This document shows, piece after piece, positions 49,198 to 59,400 of a stretch of 64,000 nucleotides of DNA. The notes under the pieces were generated by a model. The model saw only the letters and a list, made by a program, of their open reading frames with translations. It ran no database searches and had not been told where the DNA came from. A program made the translations under genes and the position numbers. The DNA is taken from the NCBI GenBank assembly GCA_963771195.1, contig CAVYSS010000020.1:43486-107485 (forward strand), in the 5' to 3' direction. This stretch comes from an uncultured Acidobacteriota bacterium (GTDB lineage Bacteria; Acidobacteriota; Terriglobia; Terriglobales; Acidobacteriaceae). How positions within the stretch are numbered: position 1 is the first letter of the stretch; every line of letters begins with the position of its first letter.

Positions 49198-50460
49198 ATG
49201 AATGCTCCCTTCTACAAATTCGGACTCTTCGGCGACGAGGCTAGCTTCGTCATCGCCTTCCTCATCGGCATTGGCTTTGGGTTCTTCCTTGAACGGGCCG
49301 GCTTCGGCAGCGCACGCAAGCTCGCATCGCAGTTCTATCTCTGCGACCTGAGCGTTCTGAAGGTGATGTTTACCGCGATCATCACGGCAATGACCGGTCT
49401 CTATGTGTTTTCGCGCCTGGGCATGCTGGATCTGTCGCTCGTCTACTTAGTTCCTACTTTCCTCGTACCTCAAATCGTCGGAGGCCTTCTGCTCGGTGTC
49501 GGCTTTGTTATCGGCGGCTATTGCCCTGGCACTTCGTGTGTCTCCGCCGCTACCGGCCGCATCGATGGCATGGTCTACCTTTTGGGAATGGTCGCGGGGC
49601 TCCTCGGTTTCGGCGAAGTCTACCCTCTGATTGTCGGTTTCGCTCATTCCACCTCGATGGGGCAGATCACTCTCCCGAAGCTCTTCGACCTCCCCTATGG
49701 GCTTCTGGTTTTTGCAGCCGTGCTGATGGCTCTGGGAGCATTTGCGGCCGGTGAGTGGGCAGAGAAAAGGTTTGGAGGCAAGCTGCCCGATCCCGAAGGA
49801 TCGATCATCGGCGGAAGCCGTAGGCTCACGCCCGTTCGCGCGCTTGCGTTGAGCCTGGCGGTGATCGGACTCTTTGCCGCCTTCGCGGGCGACCCCTACC
49901 GCGGCCATCACGCGACCATCGGCACCAGGGATCTCCAGATGCGCGTCGGGAAAGGAGCGGATCTGATTGAGCCGGTGCAACTCGCAGACTGGATCATCCA
50001 GGACCGAAATGATTTTCGCCTCGTCGACTTGCGCCAGCAGAAGGACTACAACGCCTATCACATTCCCGCGGCAGAGAATTTCCCTCTGGCTTCCCTGACA
50101 CCGGACTTTGCTGCACACAACGAAAAAATCCTCCTCTGCTCAGATGACAGCCTGGAAGCGGCGAAAGCTTGGTTTCTACTGGATGCACAGGGATTCAAAT
50201 CGGTCTATGTCCTGAGCGGTGGCATGCAGGGCTGGAAAGATTTCGTGCTCTTTCCGATTAAGCCGCAAGGAACCACCGATTCAGCCTTCGAACGACAGGC
50301 ACAGGTAGCGAAGTTCTTTGGCGGCGCACCGAAGGCAGCCAATACCCAAGCCTCGACCGCCGCGATGCCTGCACTTCCCAGGGTGGCGCCGCCTTCTGTA
50401 CCCGCTGCACCGCCGACAACGAACGCAGCGCCGCCTAGGAAAAAGAAAGAAGGCTGCTGA
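49198..50460 (+). CDS. YeeE/YedE-family membrane protein fused to a C-terminal rhodanese-like domain
   Basis: ERAGFGSARK and GGYCPGTSCVSAATG YeeE motifs. Rhodanese-like FRLVDLRQQKDYNAYHIPAAENFPL...ILLCSDDSLEAAKAWFLLDAQGFKSVYVLSGGMQGW with an atypical active-site loop (CSDDSLE). Pro/Ala-rich tail. Confidence 0.8.
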   Translation: MNAPFYKFGLFGDEASFVIAFLIGIGFGFFLERAGFGSARKLASQFYLCDLSVLKVMFTAIITAMTGLYVFSRLGMLDLSLVYLVPTFLVPQIVGGLLLGVGFVIGGYCPGTSCVSAATGRIDGMVYLLGMVAGLLGFGEVYPLIVGFAHSTSMGQITLPKLFDLPYGLLVFAAVLMALGAFAAGEWAEKRFGGKLPDPEGSIIGGSRRLTPVRALALSLAVIGLFAAFAGDPYRGHHATIGTRDLQMRVGKGADLIEPVQLADWIIQDRNDFRLVDLRQQKDYNAYHIPAAENFPLASLTPDFAAHNEKILLCSDDSLEAAKAWFLLDAQGFKSVYVLSGGMQGWKDFVLFPIKPQGTTDSAFERQAQVAKFFGGAPKAANTQASTAAMPALPRVAPPSVPAAPPTTNAAPPRKKKEGC

Positions 50461-50522
50461 GAAAATTCTGCTCCCGGTTTCCTTGGCGCGGAGGCAGCGA
50501 AAGCAAGGTTGAGAGGCGAACC

Positions 50523-50987
50523 ATGATCATCCGCCACCTGTTTATCTCTCCCGGTCATAACTTCTTCGGTCACCATGGCCAGGCCGCGGGAAAAAATACC
50601 CTCTGCACCATGAACGAGATTGAGTGCGTTGCCGGGCACGGCGTCAGCGGGGATCGTTTTTACGATTACGGCGACAACTACAAAGGACAAATCACATTCA
50701 TAGCCAGCGAAGTATTCGAGGACGTCTGCCGGCGCTTGGGGGTGCAACTGAAATCCCCGGGCGTTGCCCGCCGCAATGTCGTCACGGCCGGAATCGATCT
50801 GAACTCCCTCATCGGCAAGACCTTCACCATTCAGGATGTGGAGTTCGAAGGGGTCTGCGAATGCAAGCCCTGCTACTGGATGGACTCCGCTATCGCACCG
50901 GGTGCGGAGAAAGCATTGCAGGGACGCGGCGGATTGCGCGCGAGAATCCTCTCCCGCGGCAGGCTCAGAGTCGGGGTTGCCCTGTGA
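50523..50987 (+). CDS. MOSC-domain protein
   Basis: GDRF...ITFIASEVFEDVC...ARRNVVTAGIDLNSLIGKTFTI.DVEFEGV.ECKPC resembles the MOSC beta-barrel with its conserved Cys. Confidence 0.75.
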   Translation: MIIRHLFISPGHNFFGHHGQAAGKNTLCTMNEIECVAGHGVSGDRFYDYGDNYKGQITFIASEVFEDVCRRLGVQLKSPGVARRNVVTAGIDLNSLIGKTFTIQDVEFEGVCECKPCYWMDSAIAPGAEKALQGRGGLRARILSRGRLRVGVAL

Positions 50988-51276
50988 GCCAGCGAACGAA
51001 TCTGGCGTACATCTGCCAGTTCGCGGCGATGCTGTTTTGACGACTGGAATCTCGTGCCCTACCGCGAGGCTGAGTTCTGAGGAGGCTCCCGGAGCCTCTG
51101 GTCGGGTCGAGGACTGGCCAGTGTTCAGAAATCTCGCCGCGGCGCCGGTTTTTTCGACTGGCGCTTTCTCCCAAACAACCATTTTCTGATCAAACGGCAT
51201 CTAAGAGTTTGGTGTTTCCTATCCATCTGACCCCCACATTCTGCATACGCACATTGAAGTTGAGAATTGGAAATAG

Positions 51277-53445
51277 ATGTTCTCATCGCTCGTTCAACAA
51301 AGCCGATTCGCAGGGCGGTTCCACCTATCGCACTCTTTTGGCTCCTGGTTTTACAAGGCTCCAGCACTTCCCAGGGCTGTTGAACCACGCCGGTATCGAC
51401 GCCGCAACTCCGCAGCATTGCGTTTCCTCACTTTTGCTGCCTCCATATCACTCATTAATAGAGTTTTCTATGCGGAAGCACCTTCGGATAGCAGCCAGCA
51501 GAACCCTTTGAGCACTTTGACCCTCGAGCAACTCGGGAATATCGAGGTGACTACCGTTTCTAAAGAACCGGAAGAGGTCTGGAATACTCCGGCAGCGATA
51601 TACGTGATCACCGAGGATGACATCCAGCGTTCAGGCGCGACGACGATCCCCGATGCGCTGCGTCTGGCTCCTGGAGTGGATGTGGAACAAATTGATGCCC
51701 ACTCCTGGTCGGTCGGAATTCGCGGCTTCGGAAACAACCTTTCGCGCGACGTGCTTGTGCTCATTGACGGCCGAACTGTCTACACGACACTTTTCGCGGG
51801 GACCTGGTGGGACGGCCAAAATTTGCTTATGGAAGATGTTGATCGAATCGAGGTCATCCGAGGCCCCGGCGGCACCATCTGGGGGCCGAATGCGGTCAAT
51901 GGCGTCATCAATATCATCACCAAAGGCACGAAAGACACCCATGGGGCCAAAGTCAATGCCGGCGGCGGAACCCGGGAGCAAGGCTTCTTAAACGCGCATT
52001 ACGGCGGCGGCAATTCGAAGGGTCTCGATTACGGGGTTTACGAATTGGGTTTCGACCGCGGCCCCGAGTACCACCCCGATGGCATCAAGTTTGACCGTTG
52101 GCGGGCAATACAGGGCGGTTTTCGCACCGACTGGACGAAGGCTTCGGGCGATCATTTCACCTTTGAAGGCGACATCTACGATGAAGGCGCGGGTACAGGC
52201 GATACCGTATCAAACTACACGATGCCCTATTCGCAAACCCTCTACGGCACAGAACAAATTTCAGGCGAAAACATTCTGGGGCGCTGGCAAAAAGTGTATG
52301 AAGAGGGCAAGGATTTCCAGCTTCAGACCTCCTACGAGCACACCAATCGCTTCGATCCCACCCAGTTCAAGGATCTTCGCAACACCTTTGACATCGATTA
52401 TCTCGACCGCTTTCGTCTGCCGGGCCGGCAGCAGATTGCATGGGGACTCGGAGCGCGCTTCAGCCACGAAGACAATCCAATCGTGGTTCCGGGTGAATTC
52501 TTTTCGCCTGAATCCAGAACCGATCGCCTGTTAACCGCCTTCTTCCAGGATGAAATCGCACTGATCGACAAACAGCTCACCTTCACTTTCGGCACCAAAA
52601 TTCTGGAAACAAATTTTACGGGGTGGCAATTGCAGCCCACCGGCCGCTTGTCGTGGACGCCGACCGGCAGCCAAAGCTTCTGGGCTGCCTTCACTCATGC
52701 GGTGCGAACGCCATCCGATGTTGAGGAGAACTTCACTGAAGTGGTGTACGCAGGCACAGCGAGTGGATTACCGGTCTTTGGGATATTCACTCCCAATCCG
52801 AACTTCCACTCCGAAGAGCTCAACGGTTATGAAGTGGGCGATCGCCTCCTGGCCCGCAAGTCGCTCTATTTTGACGTGGCGGCGTTCTACAACCATTACG
52901 GCGATCTTCTGAGTGAAGATATAATCGGACCTCCGGCGGTAGTGACAAACCGGGCGCCCACGCACATTGCTTTTCCCGCCGTTTTCGGAAACGGGTTGGT
53001 AGGCACCACCAAGGGAATTGAATTTGCCCCGGAATGGAGACCGCTGCCCACCTGGCGCTTGCGCGGGTCCTATTCCTATCTGCAGATGGATATTAAGAAG
53101 GGTAAGGACTCATTAGATGCGGGCACCGCTCCGGTAGTGGAAGGCTCCAGCCCAAAACACCGGTTGTCTCTGCAATCCGATCTTGATTTTGCAAAGGTCT
53201 TCAGCCTCGACCTGACCTACCGCTATGTGGCTGTTCTTCATGAAATAACTGAGGGCGGCGAGAGCATTCGAGCCTACTCGTCCGGGGACGCTCGATTCGA
53301 TTGGCAATTCGCCCGCCAGTTCAAGTTCTCCGCGGTGGGTCGAAATTTGTTGCAGCCCCACCATTTCGAATTCGGCAGCGTGGACCCCGGCCCGAATGTC
53401 GGAATCCGGCGCGGATTCTATGGCGAGATAACATTTACCAAGTGA
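51277..53445 (+). CDS. TonB-dependent outer-membrane receptor
   Basis: Plug domain (IYVITEDDIQRSGATTIPDALRLAPGVDV, IEVIRGPGGTIWGPNAVNGVINIITK) plus a 22-strand-type barrel. A better signal peptide arises from TTG 51418 (MRFLTFAASISLINRVFYAEA), so the true start may be there. Confidence 0.88.
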   Translation: MFSSLVQQSRFAGRFHLSHSFGSWFYKAPALPRAVEPRRYRRRNSAALRFLTFAASISLINRVFYAEAPSDSSQQNPLSTLTLEQLGNIEVTTVSKEPEEVWNTPAAIYVITEDDIQRSGATTIPDALRLAPGVDVEQIDAHSWSVGIRGFGNNLSRDVLVLIDGRTVYTTLFAGTWWDGQNLLMEDVDRIEVIRGPGGTIWGPNAVNGVINIITKGTKDTHGAKVNAGGGTREQGFLNAHYGGGNSKGLDYGVYELGFDRGPEYHPDGIKFDRWRAIQGGFRTDWTKASGDHFTFEGDIYDEGAGTGDTVSNYTMPYSQTLYGTEQISGENILGRWQKVYEEGKDFQLQTSYEHTNRFDPTQFKDLRNTFDIDYLDRFRLPGRQQIAWGLGARFSHEDNPIVVPGEFFSPESRTDRLLTAFFQDEIALIDKQLTFTFGTKILETNFTGWQLQPTGRLSWTPTGSQSFWAAFTHAVRTPSDVEENFTEVVYAGTASGLPVFGIFTPNPNFHSEELNGYEVGDRLLARKSLYFDVAAFYNHYGDLLSEDIIGPPAVVTNRAPTHIAFPAVFGNGLVGTTKGIEFAPEWRPLPTWRLRGSYSYLQMDIKKGKDSLDAGTAPVVEGSSPKHRLSLQSDLDFAKVFSLDLTYRYVAVLHEITEGGESIRAYSSGDARFDWQFARQFKFSAVGRNLLQPHHFEFGSVDPGPNVGIRRGFYGEITFTK

Positions 53446-53518
53446 CCCCAGGGAATGTTGTCTCCGGAACAGCATCGCAACTACTATTGCTGTTCGAGAA
53501 TTATTGACAGGAGCCAAG

Positions 53519-53899
53519 ATGGAAAGCGATGGCCGGAATGTGCTGATCATCGATGACGATCCCCATCATCTGGAGATCTATGGTCGGCTGGTTGAACAAG
53601 CAGGCTTCAGGCCAGTTCCAGCGATCGTGAAGTTTGCAGGGCCGGAATTTCCGCCGGAGACGGATATTTCCCTGATTCTTTTGGACTACCGTCTGAATTC
53701 GGTGAAGACTGCGCCACAGGTGGCGCAGGAAGCGCAGACTCTGTTCGCCGGTGCGCCAATTCTTGTGCATTCAGATTTGTGGCACATGCCTGACGATGTG
53801 GCTCCTTACGCTGCGGGATTCGTTCGAAAGGGAGAGCCCCGTGAGCTGATCAGGAAGATGCTGGAACTGATTTCAGGTTCAGAAAAGATTCAGAGTTGA
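53519..53899 (+). CDS. Stand-alone response-regulator receiver domain
   Basis: AGGAG then ATG 53519. VLIIDDDP, phospho-acceptor-like LILLDYRL, ILVHSD, FVRKGE. Confidence 0.75.
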   Translation: MESDGRNVLIIDDDPHHLEIYGRLVEQAGFRPVPAIVKFAGPEFPPETDISLILLDYRLNSVKTAPQVAQEAQTLFAGAPILVHSDLWHMPDDVAPYAAGFVRKGEPRELIRKMLELISGSEKIQS

Positions 53900-54068
53900 A
53901 TATTCGATGTTTCAGCTAGAGCAGAATCAGAGAAACAGTGCCCGCGAGGCGATGACGCAAGGTGCACTCGATAGACGTGCGTTCGGGCAAATCTACCTTA
54001 ATTCGGCTGTAATACCCAAAGTCCTTGCCAATGTGTGCAGGAGTCTCCTGAACGAGGCGGCCTTGCGT

Positions 54069-54644
54069 ATGCCACGCCGGTTTTTCTGCGTTATGGCCTG
54101 GAGCGCTGCTATTGCGCTACAGCTGGCAATTGGGATTGCCGCATTCTGCCAGGGAAGGCCTTCTGAATTCGATGTGAAGGCGGCTTATCTGCTGAACTTC
54201 GGTAAGTTCATGCGTAACCAAAATGTGACACTCGGAGCCTCTCGCGAAACCTTCGACGTATGCGTGGTTGGCGAAGACAGGATTGAAGCCGCGCTAAAGG
54301 ACTTAATGGGCGGACAAGTCATCGACAACCGGCCGGTCCGGATTGTCCAGTTGAAGGATGGAACGCAGGCGCGCAGCTGCAGCATCGCTTACGTGACAGA
54401 CTCGGAAGGCTCACGAATCGACAAGGACCTGGAAGAACTGCATGGCGCCGATGTGCTGACGGTGGGTTCCGGTTCGACATTCCTGGCCCAGGGAGGAATG
54501 ATACAGTTCCTACTCTTGTCGAACCACGTGCGGTTTGCCGTGAACCTCGATGCGGTAAAGAAGACACACCTTGTGCTTAGCTCGGAACTGCTGAAGGTCG
54601 CCTATTCGATTGCGGGGAAGCCGGCAACGGAGGCTGCGCCATGA
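54069..54644 (+). CDS. YfiR-family (DUF4154) periplasmic protein
   Basis: Signal peptide MPRRFFCVMAWSAAIALQLAIG. VKAAYLLNFGKF, VLTVG, MIQFLLLSNHVRFAVNLDA motifs. ATGA overlap with the kinase gene. Confidence 0.85.
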   Translation: MPRRFFCVMAWSAAIALQLAIGIAAFCQGRPSEFDVKAAYLLNFGKFMRNQNVTLGASRETFDVCVVGEDRIEAALKDLMGGQVIDNRPVRIVQLKDGTQARSCSIAYVTDSEGSRIDKDLEELHGADVLTVGSGSTFLAQGGMIQFLLLSNHVRFAVNLDAVKKTHLVLSSELLKVAYSIAGKPATEAAP

Positions 54645-56119
54645 GCCCATGGAACCCCATGTCGATTTCGGGCAAGCTGACGCGGATGAACGTGCTGGTG
54701 AGCGGGATTGCGCTCGTACTGGCGTATGTCTCTTTTCTGGTCTATGACCTGTACTCGCTGCGCCAAGGCCTGATCGACTCACTCAACACGGAAGCAGCGA
54801 TCGTAGGTGAGAACACCGTGACGGCACTGACCTTCGACGATCCGCAAGCTGCCGAGAACACATTGTCCGCTTTGCGTCGCTCTCCGCACATTCTTTCAGC
54901 CGCCGTCATGCTGCCCGACGGGAAGGTTTTCGCGCAATATCGTCGCGAGGCAACGGATCTGCCACTCGACATCTCGAAACTGCGGAACAACGGTACCAAC
55001 AGCTACTGGTACCGGGGCGAGGACCTGTTTGTCCAACGTCCGGTAGCTCCTGACCGACGATTACTGGGGACAGTGGTTCTGGAGGCGGAAACAACCGACG
55101 TAGCGAGCCGTGCGCGGCAGTTCGGATTGATCTCAGCGTGCATCCTGTTCCTCAGCTTCCTGGCCGCTATTCTTGCGACCATCTCGACTCGCCACCTGAT
55201 CACGAGTCCGATCTCTAAACTGGCTGAAACGGCCCTGGTGGTCAGCCGAGAACAGAACTATTCGGTGAGAGCGGAGATGCCTCGATCAGGCGATGAGATC
55301 GCGTTTCTCGTCAAGACATTTAACGGAATGCTGGAACAGATTGAGCAGCGCGACGTGGCCCTGGAAGAATCGCGCACCGCGCTCGAGAAAAGAGTACAGG
55401 AGCGGACAGCCGAGTTGTCGGCCGCAATCAAAGAGCTGGAGGCGTTTTCCAGTTCTGTTGCACACGATTTGCGCGGCCCCCTGCAACTGATCACGGATAT
55501 CGGCTTCCTCCTGCAAATCCGGCTTGCTGAAACCGACAACCGAGACGGCTCCATGCTAGTAGAAAAGATTTTTGAAGGAAGCAAGCGTATGTCCATGTTG
55601 ATTGACGACTTGCTGAACCTGTCGCGCGCAACCAGCGTTTCGCTTCAGCGCAGGGCAGTTAACCTGACGGAGATGGCGGAGAAGATAGTGAGTGAACTCA
55701 AGACCGCGGAGCCTGAACGGCGCGTTGAGATTAACTTGCAGAAAAACGCCAATGTGGTAGCGGACGAAGGTCTGATGTCGCTGGTGCTTGAGAACCTGCT
55801 GAGGAACGCGTGGAAGTACACGTCGAAGCGGGAGGATGCGAAGATTGAGTTTGGATTCCGGAGTGAACGCACGGGAACGGTCTACTTTGTCCGTGACAAT
55901 GGTGTGGGATTCGATCCGCAGTACACCGACTTGCTGTTCCGCCCTTTTCAGCGGCTTCACTCTCAGAGCGAGTTTCCAGGAACGGGGGTTGGGCTTGCGA
56001 CCGTACATAGAATTATTGCTCGGCATGGGGGAAAGATCTGGGCACGCGGAGAGATGGATAAGGGAGCGGAGTTCGCATTCACGGTTTCATATGGGGAGAC
56101 CGTTTCTTCGGCGAACTGA
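54641..56119 (+). CDS. Sensor histidine kinase (CHASE8-like periplasmic sensor, HAMP, HisKA, HATPase_c)
   Basis: Two TM helices flanking a sensor domain. HAMP (ITSPISKLAETA...FNGMLEQIEQRD). H-box SVAHDLRGPL, N-box LLRNAWKYT, G-boxes DNGVGFD and GTGVGLA. Confidence 0.9.
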   Translation: MSPWNPMSISGKLTRMNVLVSGIALVLAYVSFLVYDLYSLRQGLIDSLNTEAAIVGENTVTALTFDDPQAAENTLSALRRSPHILSAAVMLPDGKVFAQYRREATDLPLDISKLRNNGTNSYWYRGEDLFVQRPVAPDRRLLGTVVLEAETTDVASRARQFGLISACILFLSFLAAILATISTRHLITSPISKLAETALVVSREQNYSVRAEMPRSGDEIAFLVKTFNGMLEQIEQRDVALEESRTALEKRVQERTAELSAAIKELEAFSSSVAHDLRGPLQLITDIGFLLQIRLAETDNRDGSMLVEKIFEGSKRMSMLIDDLLNLSRATSVSLQRRAVNLTEMAEKIVSELKTAEPERRVEINLQKNANVVADEGLMSLVLENLLRNAWKYTSKREDAKIEFGFRSERTGTVYFVRDNGVGFDPQYTDLLFRPFQRLHSQSEFPGTGVGLATVHRIIARHGGKIWARGEMDKGAEFAFTVSYGETVSSAN

Positions 56120-56393
56120 CAAACCAAGTCGGCGGTCATTCGCTTAGAACCCGCAATTTGAGCGCACCATCCATGGCGGATGCCTTTGCAGGCCTGAACC
56201 TACGTCTTCGAGGACTGAGGATGCGTGCCAAACTCGAAAAGGCCAAGTCTTGAGGTCACGAGTGACGGGCGCGCGAAGCGCGATGGTCGGTCGGCCTCAT
56301 GATCCATTGCGGACCATTGGCGTAGGAGTAATCCCGGATGGCCACGAAACAGGATCGTCAGCGCGAGTGGAAGCTCCGCCTGTAGCCGACGAA

Positions 56394-56417
56394 GCCGGGC
56401 GACGAGAATCGCCCGGC
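56394..56417 (-). terminator. Hairpin downstream of the NHL gene
   Basis: GCCGGGCGA / TCGCCCGGC 9-bp stem, 6-nt loop, 10 nt beyond the stop. Weak T tract. Confidence 0.35.
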
Positions 56418-56427
56418 ATTGGGGAGC

Positions 56428-59400
56428 TCATTCGACGATCAGGGTGAGGGCGGTGGTCTGAGTGGCCGAGCCCGCTGTTGCCGCAACGGTCAGGTTGTAG
56501 GTCTGGGGCTGCTGTTCGCCGCCGCCTCCACCTTTACTGCCGCCTCCGCCGCATCCGTTGAGAGTGGTCAGGCCAGCCACGCCGGCGATGCCCAGGAGCA
56601 GCACAAGCAGTGCGCGATGTCCCTCGCGCAGCCTGCGCAGACCCATGAGCGGAAGCAGGAGCAGGCCGAAGACAAGAGGCATACGGCTGGAACGCCCGGG
56701 CCGGTCGGGAACGGCAGCGGACGACTGCGACGGGACGGTAATGGAGAGCGTGACGGTGGTGGCGGGACCGCCGGCGGGAACGCTGTCGGGGTTAAAGATG
56801 GAGGTGGCGCCGACAGGCTGGCCGGTGACGGAGAGGGAAACAGGATTATCTCCAGGCGGAGTTACGGTCAGCTTATAGGTGGCGGTACCGCCGGGAGAGA
56901 TGGTGGCAGAGGTGGATCCGCCGGAGGGCGTGGAGACTCCGAACGAGGAGACGTTGATGGCCACTGTGTTGCTGAATGCATCGGCGAAGTTCGTGTCGCC
57001 GGTGTACTGCGCCGACATAGCGTACTTGCCTGCAGTCGTAAGCGCAGAAGTGGTGTAGGTTGCTATTCCTTTCGAGAGAGTGGCGGCGCCGAGCTGGGTG
57101 GTTCCGTTGTAAAAGGTGACGGAACCGGTGGGCGTACCTGCGGGCGAGGAGACGGTTGCGGTGAGCGTGATGGCCTCAGAAACGTCTGCGGTCGTGGCTG
57201 AGGAGGTGAGCGTCGCGGTGGGCGTTGTCTTGTTGACCGCAATGTTCACGGAATCTGTGACGGAAGTGTAATCGGCGGTATCGGAAGGTGTGAAGGTTAC
57301 AGAAAGTTTCTGCGAGCCGTAAGGGAGGACTGTGCCGGCGGCGGGCGAGTAGGCGAAGGTTCCGGGCACGCTGGCGGTGGCATCGAGCTGCGTGGAGCTG
57401 AGCTTGGTTCCGTAAAGAATGGGGGCGGGCGTGGCCCAGGTGATGGTGGGGATGGTCTGGATGAAATAGGCGGCGGAGCCGACCGCGCTTTGTCCGTAGC
57501 CGGAGGAAATGGCGATGGCATTGATCGTCTCGGTCTTGCTGACATCGAAAGCGCTGTTGTATTGGGTTGAGCTTGTGCTTGGTGCGGAGCCATCGGTGGT
57601 GTAGTAGATGGCGGCGTTGGGTGCGGTGTCAGAGATGGCCACGGACTTTGAGCCGGCGTAGGTTCCGGCGGGCGGGTCGAAGGTGGGGGCGGGAGCGGGA
57701 GCGTTGAAGGTGATCTTGCGGATGCCCCCGCACCCGTCTGAGTAAAGGAGGTTGGCCTGTGCATCCAGGAGGACGCCAGATTGTGCGCAGACCACGGTCA
57801 TGGACGCCGGTCCACCACCGAAGTTGGACCCGGAATAATCGATGCCAGCAGTAGCGGAGATGAATCCGGTCTTGGCATCGACCTTGCGGATCTCATAATC
57901 ATTGGCGATAAAGATGTTTCCGTCTCCATCGACTGCGATGCCATTTGGGCTCACTTCAGCGTCGGTAGCGAGTTGGCCGTCGCCGCTGAAGCCGTCGAGT
58001 CCGTTTCCTACGACCGTGTTGATGATGCCGGTCTCAGCATTCACTTCGCGGACGCGGTTGTTTCCGTAGTCGGCGATGTAGAGATTGCCGGCTCCGTCGA
58101 ATGCCAGCCCTTGCGGTTGAGACAGCGCGGCAGAGGTTGCCAGACCGCCGTCGCCGAAACCGGAAGGAACGAAGCTGCCAGCGACGATGTTAATAATGCC
58201 CGTTGAGGCGTTAACTTCCCACACAATGTTATTGCCATCGGCGATATAGAGATTGGAATTGTTATCGAGGGCGACACTGGATGGGAACGGAATAAACGCG
58301 GACGTGGCAGGCTCTCCGTTGCAGTAGTTCGCGCAGCCGCCACTATTCTGCTCGTTGCCGGCGTAGAGGACGATGTTTCCATTGCTGGCCAGCACTTCGC
58401 GAACGGCATTGTTGTTAGTGTCCGCAATGAAGATGTTGCCGTTGCGATCGACTGCGACGGCGGAAGCACCAGAGAGGGTTGCGGCAGTTGCAGGTCCATT
58501 GTCTCCCGTGCGCCCAGAATTGCCGGAACCGGCGACGATGGTGATGATTCCCGAGGAGTCGACTTTCCAGATCACTTCGTTGTATGGATCAGCAATAAAC
58601 AGGTTGCCACTTGAATCCATCGCAATTCCGTCCCGGTAATTAATGCCAACCGCGGTGGCTGGGCCACCCGCGCCAGAGAGTCCCAGGGTTCCACCCCCTG
58701 CGACCGTGGAGACGAGCGCGGTTGGGGGCACCGTGTAGGTGTAGGCGGACGTGACCACTTTGCTGGGCGTATGGCCGGGTGCGATGGCCTGCGCGGCCAC
58801 GATCGCCGATCCAGTCACGTTGATCGGTCCGTGATAGCCGTCGATGCCCAGATAAATCACGATACTGCTGGCGTTGTACGAGTCGGGTGGGTTGGTGGCG
58901 ATGTAGAGGTAGACGGCGGAATTGGGTGTCGACTCGCTGACGCTGAGCGTTCGCGGGCTGGAGTAGGATCCCGCAGAGAGGCTGAAGGCCGGGTCGGCTG
59001 TTGCCGTGGAGGGCGGGGTACCGATCGCAGTCAGTTCGTCGACGCCCTCAGAGGCATCCGCGAAATAGAGGTTTCCTGCGCCGTCGAAAGAAAAGCCCTG
59101 GCCAAAGCAAACGTTGGAAGAAAGAGCAGCTCCGCCATCGGCTACAAATGCGAAACATCCCTGGGCGTTACCCGCGACCGTGGAGATGAAGCCGGTGGTG
59201 GCGTCCACCTTGCGGAATACCCAATTGAATTCGTCGCCGATGTAGACGTTGCCTTTGCTGTCGACCGCGAGGCTATTCGGCCCCGACAGTTCTGCGCTTG
59301 TGGCCGGGCCGCCATCCCCGGAATATCCCTGGACGCCTGTCTTGCCCGCGAAAAGACCGAAGTTTGCGGTGCTGCGAGTCACTTTCCAGATCGAGCCATC

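Noticed and set aside
56419-57201. 260-aa Gly-rich plus-strand ORF
   Set aside because: Antisense to the NHL/Ig protein gene. The Gly/Arg runs simply mirror the Thr/Ala/Pro-rich coding strand.
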